64,000 bases of DNA, from NCBI GenBank assembly GCA_964036045.1, contig OZ038378.1:188170001-188234000 (forward strand). Direction: 5' to 3'. The notes below the pieces were generated by a model. The model searched no databases. It had not been told where the DNA came from and was given only the letters and a program-made list of their open reading frames with translations. A program made the translations under genes and the position numbers. This stretch comes from Eutreptiella sp. 'Long Island Sound 2002'. Lineage: Eukaryota; Protista; Euglenida. Shown here piece after piece: positions 23,745-36,312 of this stretch (the first letter of the stretch is position 1; each line of letters begins with the position of its first letter).

Positions 23745-24770
23745 TGGGGGGGGGTTCGGGATCTCCACGTGCCGCCCCGTTTGGTGCCGTGCCGTGCCGT
23801 GCCGCCCATGGGGGGGGTGGGGCCAAAGAGGCCTTGTGCCGTCCCGTGCCAAGTGTTCCTACCCGACAAGATCCTTTGTACAGGCACACATGTATCATGG
23901 TTCAAATTTGGACGGCATGTTGCTCTTTTTGGTGACTGTTGCATTTGCAAGTTTTTGTGTGTTGCCTCCTGGTGATGCACCATGTGTTTTCCAACTCATT
24001 CATGACTTTGATTCAATTATTAATGTGAATCAGTTGTGATCATTGCATGTTGTTGGTGGAAATGTGAGATGGTTTATGTTGCTAAATTTCGACTTGTCAT
24101 CATAGGACGCAACAATTTGTTTAAGAAGTTTGCATGGATTGTTGTGTTGCTTTTGCTTGCATGTCTCTCCATGTCACTTTGTGCCATTTGACGAATATTT
24201 TGGAATACCAGCAGGGGCCGTAAGGTGCAAAATGCAAGACCCTGGGACGCATGGCAAGCATCAGACTAAAAAAAAAAAATTCCTGGTGTACCAGTAGGGG
24301 CCGTAACGTGCAGAATTCAGGACCATGGGACGCATGGGAAGCAAAAGACTAAGAAAAAAAATTCCTGGTGTACCAATAACACCAACAGCATGCATCCAGA
24401 GACCAAGAAGAAATACCAGCGTCCATGCAGAGACCACCAGGTAATACCAGCATCCATCAAAAGACCACTAGGAAATACCAGTGCCCATCCAGAGACCACC
24501 AAGAAGCAACAATATCCACCCAGGGACCACCACTAAATGCTAGCATTGGGCCCGAGACAAGAAAACAAATGCATTGGGCCCATATGTATGTGAATGGCAC
24601 TCCATATTGGTAGTCTCTAAGGGCCGGTTCCGGGTAGGGTCGGGGGGGGTAGGAATAGGGGGCAGGGGGGTCGGAATCTCCGCGTGCCGCCCCGTTTTGT
24701 GCCGTGCCGTGCCGTGCCGTGCCGTGCCGCCAATGGGGGGGGGGGGGGCAAAGAGGCCTTGTGCCACGGA
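23745..24770 (+). repeat. Two ~110-bp direct repeats (23745-23860, 24665-24770) enclosing 80-bp and 31-bp tandem repeats
   Basis: atctcc(a/g)cgtgccgccccgttt...(gtgcc)n...atggggggg...caaagaggccttgtgcc occurs twice. The internal 80-bp unit recurs at 35470-35610. Confidence 0.8.
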
Positions 24771-26337
24771 ACGCCTACCGCACGAAGGCAAAAGCATCAT
24801 AGGTGAGACACGCTGCTACGAAAGCCCCGCATCAGTTTAAGTCCAAGTCTACGACCTGTGCATCTCTTTCCCTTGTTTCCCCTCCCTTACATCTTGTCTT
24901 GGCATGCTTTCTTGGGCTTGAAATGGCCCATGCAAAGTGCCCGTAACTCCTCCCTCCCGTCGATGCAACACCTCACCGACTGTGTCTTCGGATCATTTTT
25001 CTGGCTTATGAATTGGCGGATCATTTCTTTTACTCTGTGCCCCTTTGCCCTTGTGTACTCTACTTTCTCTAATAGTGGCCTAGTTTGTGTAATGTCGGAG
25101 CCATCCCATTTGCAAAACAATAAACAATTCAAACTAATAACATGTACAGTGTATGTACGGTGGAAACCTTTTGTCCCATGCCGGTGGTTCCATTGCTTTG
25201 CTTTGCATGTGCCCGCCTTCTTTGTGTTGGTTCTTGAGCCCCTAGGAGTGTCTTCACCGGCCCCTAGGACTGTCCACGTGTCCGAATTGGTGGTCCGGAA
25301 AATTGCGGATCATTTTGCTAGGCAGGAAGGGGGGGGGGTTATGGGGTGGGTGATCCGTGATCCGCGGATCATTTGGTGGGGGGAGGAGGGGGGGGGTTTG
25401 GACCCCCGTGGATTAGTGATCCGTGGACCGCCTACCACACATCGGTTTCGCTAGCCGCCAAAGTATGGCATTCAATGCATTGGTTGATATGGTCATTGTG
25501 TTGCGGTGTTTGTCGTCACGTCATGGAAGTCACGGCCGACATAATAGAGTGTTGTGCTCAAAAAGTATTATCCTTTCTGCGCTTTGTGTATTAGTTTCCG
25601 CATACATTGTTGCCTTGTGTGTGCGCGCGAGCGCGCGCGTGTCTGTGTTCAAAGTTGAGGTCCTCAAAAGGTTGGGTTTGGAACATGTGCTATTCAGTGG
25701 ACATGACAATTTGGGCTTTGCTGTTGTTTTGTCACTTCCGTTCAAGGCCCCAACACGCTCTATTGATCATTTGGCTTTGGTTGTGATCAATCCGTGCCCC
25801 TCAACTTCTCCCCACGTGTGTGTGTGCGTGTGAGGCGGGCACATTTTGTGAATTGCATGCAAGGTGTGCATTTAAGACTGTCCATTCCGTAAGCATTGTT
25901 CCTTTGTCCTTGCTAGGTGCTCTTGTTGACGAGCGGTTGAACTGGCACGGTTACCAACACTAGTATCCACGTGCGACACTCAAATTTGAAATACGGCATC
26001 TCTTGCATCATCAAAAAGGAGGTACCTCCGCTCGATCATTGCACATTTTGTTGTGTGGTTGCCTAGAGGTACTTCCAGCTTCTTGTTTTGTAACCCATTT
26101 GAGTCCCCATGTTGAGTTATGCAAGCCATCGATGTCGCATGTCAACATCCCGCTCGGTGGGTTGCTGAAGGGGGTAAAAGCAGCCGGGTGAGGGAACCCA
26201 TGCTAGTATGGGCAATAGGCAGGAGGGGGGGGGTTACTTTTCACGTCCGTGTTGGGCTTGTGTTAATACAACATGGGAGGGGGAGGGGGGGTACTTTTCA
26301 CCGCTTGTGTTAGGGCCGTGTTAACAGGTCCAATAGC

Positions 26338-26710
26338 TGTGTTGTGTTGTGTTGTGTTGTGTTGTGTTGTGTTGTGTTGTGTTGTGTTGTGTTGTGTTGT
26401 GTTGTGTTGTGTTGTGTTGTGTTGTGTTGTGTTGTGTTGTGTTGTGTTGTGTTATTCCTTGTTTTGTTTTGGTTTTTTTTGTTGTGTCATTTTGTGCCGT
26501 GTTCTTCTTTTTTTTGTTTTTCGTTTGTGGTGTGGTGTGGTGTGTTGTATTATGTTGTGTTGTGTTGTGTTGTGTTGTGTTGTGTTGTGTTGTGTTGTGT
26601 TGTGTTGTGTTGTGTTGTGTTGTGTTGTGTTGTGTTGTGTTGTGTTGTCGTGTCATTCCTTGTTTTGTTTTGGTTTTTTTCGTTGTGTCATTTTGTGTTG
26701 TGTTCTTCGG
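26338..26710. repeat. (GTTGT)n microsatellite in a ~200-bp tandem duplication, flanked by four ggggggtacttttcac motifs
   Basis: Two long GTTGT runs are each followed by attccttgttttgttttggttttttt(c)gttgtgtcattttgtg. The flanking motifs lie at ~26228, 26286, 26744 and 26801. Confidence 0.95.
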
Positions 26711-27668
26711 CTTCTTGTGTTGCCATGGGGTGGTGGACAAAGGGGGGGGGTACTTTTCACCTCCGTGTTGGACGTGTGTTAACACAACACAGGAGGGGAA
26801 GGGGGGGTACTTTTCACCTCTGTGTTGGCCGGCCGTGTTGACACGCCTTTTGCCCTATGCCGTGTTGCCATCCCACGCCTCGTCCTAGCACACGATTTCA
26901 GCCATTAGGCCATCAAAGACCCGTAGGGTTGCACCACCGTAGGGGCACGGTAAGCATGGTGCATCCAAACGCACCCAAGGAATCGTCGTATGCACCCAAC
27001 TCATGGACGCTTAGGCTCTGGATCGCTTTGGCACTTCCGACTTTCGGAGCTTTCGTGAACAAGGTGCGTGTGCGGGGGCGAAAGGACCCCCGGAATCCGC
27101 GGACTGATACAACTCCTTCGGTGCACTCCCCTTTTCTCGTGGGTTCCTTGGTGTACTAGACTTGAACGTGAACATTGGAGGAGTTGTCGCCATGCGGTAT
27201 GGCGAAGGAAATGAGCGCGTTGTTCTATGATGCCCATACTCACTTCAGGCTCGCTCTTCAATAATAGGAGTGAAAGTGGTGACGCAAGTGAAGCCTTCCT
27301 TCCAATGACTCGCCCAAGACCATCAGCCGTGGACACGGGCGATTCGTCTAGCCCAGGCGGTGCTTCCAGCGCAGGTTCAATGCGTACCGTTGCGCATGCC
27401 TTTGTGCGAATGGCCATGTGATCATGCTCTCTTTGCTGTGTACCCCCCACGCATACCGAAGGATGGTTGTCCCCACCCGCCTCCCCCCTCTCTCCCTCTC
27501 CCCCCTCTGGTCTCGATAGTTTGGTTCATCGACAGTTACGGAACTCAAACAATGACGGCAACAACATGCAATAACCGTGGAGCACATGAACACATCATGC
27601 ATGAAGGTATCAACACAACAGCCATTGCGGTTTGCCCTTCATGCCCGTTTTCCTCTCCAACCCCACAG

Positions 27669-29106
27669 AGTGCGGGCCAACAGAGATGTTCCACAGTCGG
27701 TAATGGCGGCATTTGTTGCAAGCCGGCAGCATTTAAATGCAACCCATCATCGGCCGGAACACTCCCACTGGGCCGGTATGTCCGCTTGTCCAATAGGATT
27801 ATATCCATTGGGATTCTACATTGTTCCCAGCAGGTCCCCAGACAAATGCAAGCACAAATTGTCGGAGTGGGTAGCACACAGTTATAGTCGGCACCCGTCT
27901 CGAACAAAGTCCCAACGTCACGAGGAGGTGCCAATCAAGAGCGGGGTGCGCGAGCGGCCCGCCCTTTCACAAGGCACGCAACGACGGGAGTGAGCAACCA
28001 CACCATCGCATCAACCGGGGGGTGGGGGGCAACAAGTAGGGGAGGCACACATAACGCCCCCCCCCCCCCCAACTTCCGATGTTCACCGCAGACCCACCAC
28101 CGGCTGCTGGGAATTGACCCATTACCTCTCCCTTTTTCCCTTCCCCCCTCCCCGTTACCGCAAACAACAGAGCACGGGTTGGGAAATTGTTCGAATGTCT
28201 ACCCTACACACTCGGTGTTTTCTGAGGCAGCGCACTTTTTTGATGGGCGTTTTGCGGCTTCGGCTCCCGCAAACCGTAACCGCAAACCCACGGGGGGAGA
28301 TTTTTTGCATTTGTCGTCTTCGGATTGTTTCTTGGCTGCAGGAAACAAGAACAGAGTAGATAGCTTGCTGACCAAGGATTGCTAGGGTGCGTCTCAGACT
28401 TGGAGTAAGCGCTCCCAGAAATAATGACATTTGACTTGACACCACAACACTGTGTATTTTTGTGTTGTGTGTTTTCTCTATCTGTTGTTGTGGCTGTGTG
28501 TATGCTTGTTCTGCGTTGTGACCCAATACGGTGCCGTTTGTCCCCGCTTGTCCCCAACAAAGGTCACGCTTGCCCGCGCTTGTCCGGCCAAGCGCTGGCT
28601 CCAAGTCTGGTCACCTTCTAAATGTCACCTCTGGTCTGTTGGAGCACCTCAATTTCATCACAGGGACGAGCCAGACAGGCAGCCCACTGGTTGTTGCAGA
28701 CAGCCTTTTGGCAGCGTTGCAAGAAGCTGCAGCCAAAAGGGGTCTCAGCGAGTCGATTGGCATGTGCACCATGCGGCAGTGGCGCGAAACCAGCATGCTC
28801 ACATCTTCACCGTCGAATGCTCGAAAAGTTCCCCGTGGCCAGGCTTCGGACCTCTCAGGTATGATTCAAGGGCCCGTCGCTCCTGCGCTCAGTACCGGGG
28901 GGATGGAACAGGCGAAATTTGGAATGGCAAAATTTGCCGCAACAAAAGTGTGCCAAATTATGCCACGGCATTTTCAGGTCCGTCGCCATTTTTCTCCGTC
29001 TCATTGGTGGTGCTCTTGGCGTGCACATTCCCATTGTGTCCGCGCAGTTTGCTCTACACGGATGCCTCTAAGAAATCAGAGCCAACCAGAATCCTCCAGG
29101 AAATAG
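27669..29106 (+). CDS. Candidate multi-exon gene of unknown function (3' exons)
   Basis: Phase-compatible GT-AG chain: 27669 (or 27831/27834)-27989 with donor GA|GTGAGC; 28563-28858 (SRLPALVRP...LLEHLNFITGTSQTGSPLVVADSLLAALQEAAAKRGLSESIG...DLS) with donor GTATGA; and 29048-29106 ending TAG. The putative last intron contains a MITE fragment. No homology recognised and no 5' exons could be joined. Confidence 0.4.
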
Positions 29107-31484
29107 CAACAAGCTTCCAGGAAATAACAGCAACCAACCAAAGGCCCATCGGAAATAAAGGCCACGTGCAGACACGGCATGCGTGTTTTCGAGTCTAGAA
29201 AGCCCTCCTCCATTGTTTCAGGCCCGTTTTTGCACTGGGCGGGTATAACCCCACCAGTACCCTGAGGCGCATACTGCGCCTCAATTGCTTTGTCTTGATT
29301 GGATTGCTGCGCGTTGCCTGCTCCTTTGTGAACACGGTACCTGAAGACGGACTTAACACACAAAAAGCAAGACGAGTGGGGAAGGGTCTCGCAGACCCAT
29401 ACACTCCCCCCCCAGCAGCCCCCCCACCACCACACATCACAGGCATGTGCATAAGCAGGGGGGCGGGGGGTGTCCCCCAGCAGCCCCCCCACCACCACAC
29501 CTCACAGGCATGTGCATAAGCACCCTGGTGTCGCACTTCCTGCAGGCCGTCAGGGTTCCTCAGCCTACCGGTGTGTACAAAATTTGGAATGGCGAGAGTT
29601 GGTGTCAAGAAAAATAGGCACCAATTCTAGAGACCGCTGGAAAATTTGGTACAAAATTCGTGTAGAGCGTATTTTTTCTCCCGTGGATATGCACTGTGCA
29701 GTGCACTCCACTTCATCCTGCCGCCTGCTTTGAGATTTCTAAGGATGCTTTTAGTGGCCCAACTTGCAACAGAATGCATGCTGTGTTTGGTTCCAAAAAG
29801 AAAACAGGGCCAACAGCCAAGAGTGACCCCACCTGCACATTTTGGCACCAATGTGTGGACATAAGCAGTCTCCATTTTCTCCACCCACCCTCCCCCCACC
29901 TCCAAGGTGTGCGTGTGGGTGGTGGTGGGGGGTCAGGGTGGGGGTCAAATTGGTGCAGTACATGCATTCAAAGTGTACAGAAGCTGGCACTACCTGAGAC
30001 GACAGGACTGGGCCTAGAAAACAAACCCACCATGCGAAGGCATGCAAGAATTGTGTGGGCCAAACACGCGCTACAACACTGTGTTGCCGTGTGCTTCGGG
30101 GGCTACAAGTAGACACAGTCTGCTCATTGTAGACACTGTTGGCATGTTGTAGACGGGAAAAGACAACAGTAAGAAAGGAAGCCTTCACAAAATGGGTCTG
30201 ATAGCAACATTTACCCGCGCTCATTGGGACGCCAGTCTATAGTTTGTAGATACACGTAGATGCAGTCTGCGTAGATGCAGTCTGCTAGTTGTAGGCACCT
30301 TTGGCATGTTGCATCGTGCATATTATGTTGAATCGCTTAGATATCTCACATACCGCCCAGGAGTCATTAAGTTGCGCCATCTTCCCATACTTCATCCCAC
30401 AATCTCCGACGTTGAGAGTGGCCTGCATCGCAGAGAGTCTGCCCCATGTTGTGTCTCTTCTTCTCAGGCTCGGTCCACACCGGTTCATCGTTGCGTATGT
30501 TGTCTGTTTGCTCCTGCTTTGTCACCTCTGTTTGCTCGTCACCCTCGTGCACGATCACAATTCTTGGCGGAAGGCAGCATCCGGCAGCAGGGGCAGTCCA
30601 GGAAGCACTTGGCAGCATCAAGAACATTGTTTGTTCTACTGGCTGTGCTGATTTGCAGCCAGTGGATTTGCGTCCAATACACCATGACCCATCGCCCCCC
30701 GCCGCAATGAATCACTGCTGGAGCGCAACCCCATCAACGCATGCACGCCATTTCCATCCATGAGTGTGCAACCCCCATCAATGCCTGTATGCCATTTCCA
30801 TCGTTGAGCACACGCAGAGCACATGCAGGACATGTGTGTACAGGACACGCACGACATGTGTGCAACTTTCATCAAAGCCTGAATGCCATGTTGGTGGCTC
30901 CTGAGCAGAGAGGGTATGGGCGGCAAGGCCATCCTTGCTCATAAATCGGAGCAACCATCCTTTGACGAGTGGAAGAAAGCACTGGGGCATGCAAAGCTCT
31001 GTTCCTCGCTTATTACTGGGTCTTTTCGGCATCCCCACTGGTACGGGGGTTGCGGAGAACGTACAGCGGCACATTACTCTGTCAGACCCGCGTGGCTTTT
31101 TCAACCGGCGCTTCCCTGACAGCATGCTACCGCTTTGTCCCTCAGCTTCGTGGTTGCAACTTCTGTCAACCCGCCCACGCGAAGGCATGTCCGAGCTGGC
31201 AGAAGTGTGGGCTGCAGTCGAACGACGCCGTTCTTCAGGCTTCTCCGGCATTCAAAGAGTTTTCAGTATGTGGATGCTGGTGCAGATCAGGATGTTTTGA
31301 GGGGGCAGTCCCCTCCCAAAATCTTCTCGATCGCGGCCTGCTGACCAACTGCTGAGCCACTGAAATGCCGATTGCTGACTGCTCGGTTCCTGTATTCACC
31401 CCCACCCCCCGGCCTGCCTGCCTGCCTGCCTGCAGCCTCCTCGTATACCATCTATCTCCGCCCTTAAGGACCGCCCCAAGGGAC

Positions 31485-31635
31485 CACCAACCGCCAACCG
31501 CCAACTCCCATCAACCGCCAACCGCCACCAACGGCCAACCACCAACCGCCACCAACCGCCAACCACCAACCGCCGCCAACCGCCAGCGGCGACCAAACGC
31601 CAACTGCCAACTACTGCCAACCGCCACCAACCACC
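31485..31635. repeat. Degenerate (CAACCGC)n repeat flanked by (GCCT)n
   Basis: Read directly. Confidence 0.85.
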
Positions 31636-32209
31636 AGCCTGCCTGTTTACGTGTCTGCTTGCGTGTCGTGGGTGCAGGGTACAGGCAGGAGGATCCAAAT
31701 TGCGGCCAAGTGGGCGGCGCCAGACACCCTCACGGCAGTGGAAGTTTACAGTCGCAGTCTAGGCCTTGGATCAGATGGAAAGAACTACAGCAGCACTGCC
31801 GTGGAGAGTAAAGTGGTGCAGGCACAACATATATACAGCATACAAGGGACAAGTATGGGTGGGCCCCAGTCAATGCCTTCCTGCGTGCCTGCCTGCTTGC
31901 CTGCTTGCCTGCCTGACCGTCTGCCTGCCCCCCTGTCTACCTGCTTGCCTTCTTGCCTGCCATCCCTCCCCCTGTCTGTCCGTCCGTTGTGTTTTGTGGA
32001 GGCATGCCTCTGGGCTGTGTGTGGTTGTGGTGTGGAGAGGGATGTGCAATTCGTATTGTTTCCTCTTCTGCCCCCCCCCCCCCCCCTTTAGGGCTTAGGA
32101 CCACAGCAGCTCATGGTCATCAGAGCCAAACATGATCAAAGCAAAGAGGGTACATGTGGAAACTTTTGGGGAACGATGCTGCAGAAAAGGCGCACTCTAT
32201 AGTGTTGCT

Positions 32210-32440
32210 CCATACTGTTGCTCCATACCATTACTCCGTACCGTAACTCTTACTGTTATGCTCTATACCATCTACCTATCGTCACTCCATACCGCTACTT
32301 TGTACCGTCATTCCATCATTACTCCATGCTGCCACTCCATAATGTTACTCCATGCCATTACTCCATGCCCTTACTCCACACAGCTATTTGATGCTGTGAC
32401 TCCATACCGTTGCTTTATTCCATTCCGTTACTCCATACTA
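32210..32440. repeat. Degenerate TTACTCCAT-core minisatellite
   Basis: About 12 actccat cores. Confidence 0.75.
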
Positions 32441-33369
32441 GTTGCATTTGTTGGCAAAATCGCACGCTCCCTGCTTGTGTATATCTGCTCAATGTAATGT
32501 CTTGTGGTGTTTGGGTGCGTGCATTGCATGTGTGTGTGTGTGTGTTTGTTGTTGTTGCCTGCAGTGTGCAGGTGTTGCGTTTCATTGTGTGTGTGTGTGT
32601 GTTGCGCATACTTGCCCCCTCCCCTCACCCCCCCCCCCCCTTCGACCCAGTCCACCCTATCCACCCCCATTTCCCCCCCGTTGCCTCCATAACCCCTATC
32701 TCCACTTCTGTGAGGTGTTTGGCATTTAGAGCCATGCAGATCACGGTCTGGGGGCATGCTACAAAATGGTGCGTCAAGTACACACACAGAGGGAAGGAAG
32801 TCAAGAGTCGCAATAGCCTCTGCGCTCACGTTGACTCGTTTTCCGTGAATTACCCTCTGCCTCATGCTCTTTGGTGTTGCAGGCGTGGACGTGAGTAATT
32901 GTAGCAGTCGGGCCAGCCAAATGTACGACAGCGGTGAATTCCTGCAGGTTGAGTTGCATTCGCATGCCCCTGCCATGTTGCTTTGCCCAACCTGGCCTGC
33001 CCTAAAAGTCGTGCCTTCTCCCCCCCCCCTCCCCCTTCCCCTCTTCGCCATGCCTCTGCCCAGCACTGCCTATCGTCCCACCTTGTGCACCCCGCAAATT
33101 TCCACATGTTTACGTGTATCAGTTGGCGCAAATTTATGCGTAAATGTTTATGTGTTTACGCGTAAACGTTTGCACCTCGGTTGGTATCGTTTGCGTGTAA
33201 CGAGGCGTAAATGTTTACGCATAACCAGGTGTAAACAGTTTGTGTGCAAACGGCAGCCACTACGAAAATTGACCACCCCATCCCGTCCCGTTCCGTCCCA
33301 TCCCATTCCTCCCATCCCGTCCTTTGCAGCCCAGCTCATCCTGTTCCTTTTGCATCTCCCTCTTGCACA

Positions 33370-33750
33370 AGTGCTAATTGTAGGCATTGTCGGCATGTTG
33401 TAGATGCTATGAGACAATATAAAGGCAGAGAGGTTGAGAGGCCCTTTTCCTCAAAATGTTCTGAGAGTAGTGTTTGCCTGTGCACATGGGGATGGCGGTC
33501 TATAGTTTGTAGACATTGTGTGCTACAAATAGACATGGTCTGCTAATTGTCCACACCGTTGGCACGTTGTAGATGCGAAGAGACAACATTAAGGAAGGGA
33601 CCGAAGGCCCTTTGCTCAAAAGCGTTCCAACAGCAGTGTTTATCCTCGCACATGGGGATCGTGGGCTAATAGTTTGTAGAAAAATATGTGCTACAAGTAG
33701 ACACAGTTTGCTTCTTGTAGACACTGCTGGCATGTTTCAGACTGTGGATA
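33370..33750. repeat. ~170-bp tandem repeat (about 2.3 units) of a dispersed family
   Basis: The core tagtttgtaga...tgctacaa(a/g)tagaca(t/c)(g/a)gt repeats here; related copies occur at 30100-30290 and, inverted, at 51505-51570. Confidence 0.75.
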
Positions 33751-35759
33751 TTGTCGGCATAGTATGGAAAAATACATCACCCCCCCCTTCCTCATAAACG
33801 TTGTAATATCAACGTTCACCCATCCGAACGGGGGTTGTGTGGGGGGTTGCATTGAGTGGAGTAGTTGTGGGGCGGTTGGGGGTTGGCATGGGTTTGTGCA
33901 TGACATATCTGGCATGTCCTGTTCTCGCTTCCACATAGTTCAGATGTCTGTCTCCAAGGTGATCCATGTGTGCATCAGCTGCCACCTGGTTGTTGAGGGT
34001 CCAGGTTGCTGCTACAGGCGGTTACCGGCTGCCGTTAGCACCCATCCCCGTGCACGTTCCTCCGACACCCACCTTCTTCACCTCCGACACGGATACCAAA
34101 AGGGCCGGAGTTGACGCGTAAACATTTGCCCTTGTTTACACCTCGGTTACGCGTTTGCACGTCACGTTTACGCCTCTTTTACGCGTACCCCAGTGTCAAT
34201 GTACAACCCTCTGCCTTGTGCGATGCCCGGCCCAACCTGCCTTGCCCTGCCTTGCCGCTCCCTTCAATCCGTGCTTTTCTGGCCTATTCTGCGTTTCAGA
34301 CCTCGTCCTGCACGGTCCTGTCGTCTCACCACCAACTTTCCACTCGCCCACACAGGCCCGCAAGCGAGTTCCGAGCAGCCAACTCGACCTGGACGGCATT
34401 CCTCTGTCGCCGAAGCCAAACGCACATCTCATTCCCCCTGGCGGTGGATTGCAGGCCCTTGAAGGTTCGGTGGCACGTGTAGGCCTGCAGACCTTACCAC
34501 TGACCCATTCGGCCCTCCTTTCAAAACCCCAAAGGTATATGGAATGGCGGAGCATAGAAGTGGCATTGCTGATACAGCCCGTTGTGCAGAAGCTTTTCAA
34601 AAACCGCCCGTCAGACAATCAGATTAAAAGAAAAAAGCCGAAACCATCCAACTGGCTCAAGAAAAAGCAACACATTTTGAACCACCACCCAAGCACAGAT
34701 CGAAATCTCTCCATCAACATCGACTGCCTTCAAAGCTCATGGCCTCCTAAGCACGTGCCTCAAAGACAAAGGCAGTGGTATGGCATTTTGGATAAAGAAC
34801 ACAACATCATTGCCACCCATTTTACAGATTAGCCAGTTTACCTCATCCACCTACCTGGCCCTCTTCCCCTCGCTCCCTTCCTCATTGTTCCAAACAAGAC
34901 ATTACACAGACCCCAAACACTTCCATGCAGAACGCTGTCCTGCTGCACCTGTGGCGCCCTGGGGCGCGTTTAGCAGATATTTTGCCAGGCAACACTGCAT
35001 TGTGGTGTACAAGATGGATTGCATCCATTTTGTGTTACAATGGTGAGGTGTGGAAGAGTTCTCCTCAGATGTTGTAGCATGCCAGTGCTCGTTGTGGTTT
35101 TTGGGTGCATATTTTTGACGTCGGTTGGTGCCAAAGAAGGGCAACCAGAGCAATTGGGCTGGCACAAGGACCATAACAGAGGGCATGAAGCTTCACTAGA
35201 ACAGAGTTGAATCGACGCCACCATTTTGCAACAAGTGTTGTCTGGCCACGCGGCAGTATAGTCGGACGTCCCATTTCTTTCCTACACCTGCATACCGGGG
35301 GGGGGGGGGTAGGCGAAATTTATAATGGCGAAATTTGGCACAAAAAAATTGTACCAAAGTTTGCCATGGAATTTAAGAATTCGTGCCAAATTTTGCCTGC
35401 ACCAAATTTCTCCATTTTGGTGACCAAATTTTCCCCGTGATTTTTTTTTTGCACAAATTGTCCCGAGGATGTGTGGCAAGCATCAGACTAAAAGTTAAAC
35501 ATTCCTGGTATGCAAGTAGGGGCCACAAGGTGCAAAAATGGGGACATCAGACGAAAAATCAAAAATTCCTGGTATGTCAGCAGGCTCCACAGGGTGCAAA
35601 AATGGGGACCGTAGGATGTATGGCATTTTATTACAGTTTAGGCAGGTCATGCTGGTAGGTGAGTTGGTGAGGCATTGCATCAACAAATAAAACGCCAGTG
35701 GTTCAATTACCAGTGTCACGATTTCCCCCTGGCCACAATCTAGAAATGTTGTACCAAAT

Positions 35760-36312
35760 CACCTCGAAGAGAGGTTGTTATACCCCCCTTTTTGGGGGGT
35801 CATTCGCGTAGCATACCCCAAGACATGATATTGGATGTCCAACCCCTTGTAAAATCATTATTTTGCCCAATAAGACAATCCCCCAATGGATTTTTTGATT
35901 CTGCAGCCTCTATCCCCTGAAACTGGATATCACTTTTTTTTTTGGGTGGGGCTGGGGCTGGGGCTGGGGCTGGGGGTGGGGGATCAAAAGTTTGTGCTCA
36001 GAAGTTTGTGCTCAGAGGGGTTTGAACGAGGGTCAGATTGGCCAAGATAGCCGGTCGGCCGGCCAGGATTCGAAGCGCCGACCCACACATCTGAATTCGG
36101 CTGCATTACCGTTCGACCGTTGCTTCTTCTAACACTGTCTGTCCTCCCCACTGCTTAATGCCAAGTCTGCCACTGAAAAAAACCAAACTGTGTGTTTCTA
36201 TTTGCTTGCCTGCTTGCCCGACTGACTGTCTGACTGACTGCTTGCCTGACTAACTGGCTGATTGGCTGACTGTCAGCCTCTCTTCGAGGTGCACTGCCGA
36301 AGGCAATAGAAT
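35760..36312 (+). mobile_element. Non-autonomous Helitron2/Helentron-like element, short variant (553 bp)
   Basis: The 5' end CACCTCGAAGAGAGG (35760-35774) is a perfect 15-bp inverted repeat of 36277-36291. This is followed by hairpin TGCC-GAA-GGCA (36295-36305) and ATAGAAT. A GACT/GCTT-type microsatellite precedes the 3' subTIR. The host repeat is restored on removal (gtaccaaat|ttcgcc; paralog at ~35350-35390), giving a T|T target. Confidence 0.8.
36055..36125 (-). mobile_element. tRNA-like SINE fragment inside the short Helitron2-like element
   Basis: Minus strand CGGTAATGCAGCCG matches CGGCGATGCAGCCG of the 8325-8397 head (12/14) and is followed by a B-box-like GCTTCGAATCC. Confidence 0.4.

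Noticed and set aside
26273-26888. Long Cys/Val- or Thr/Gln/His-rich ORFs
   Set aside because: They are translations of the (GTTGT)n microsatellite.
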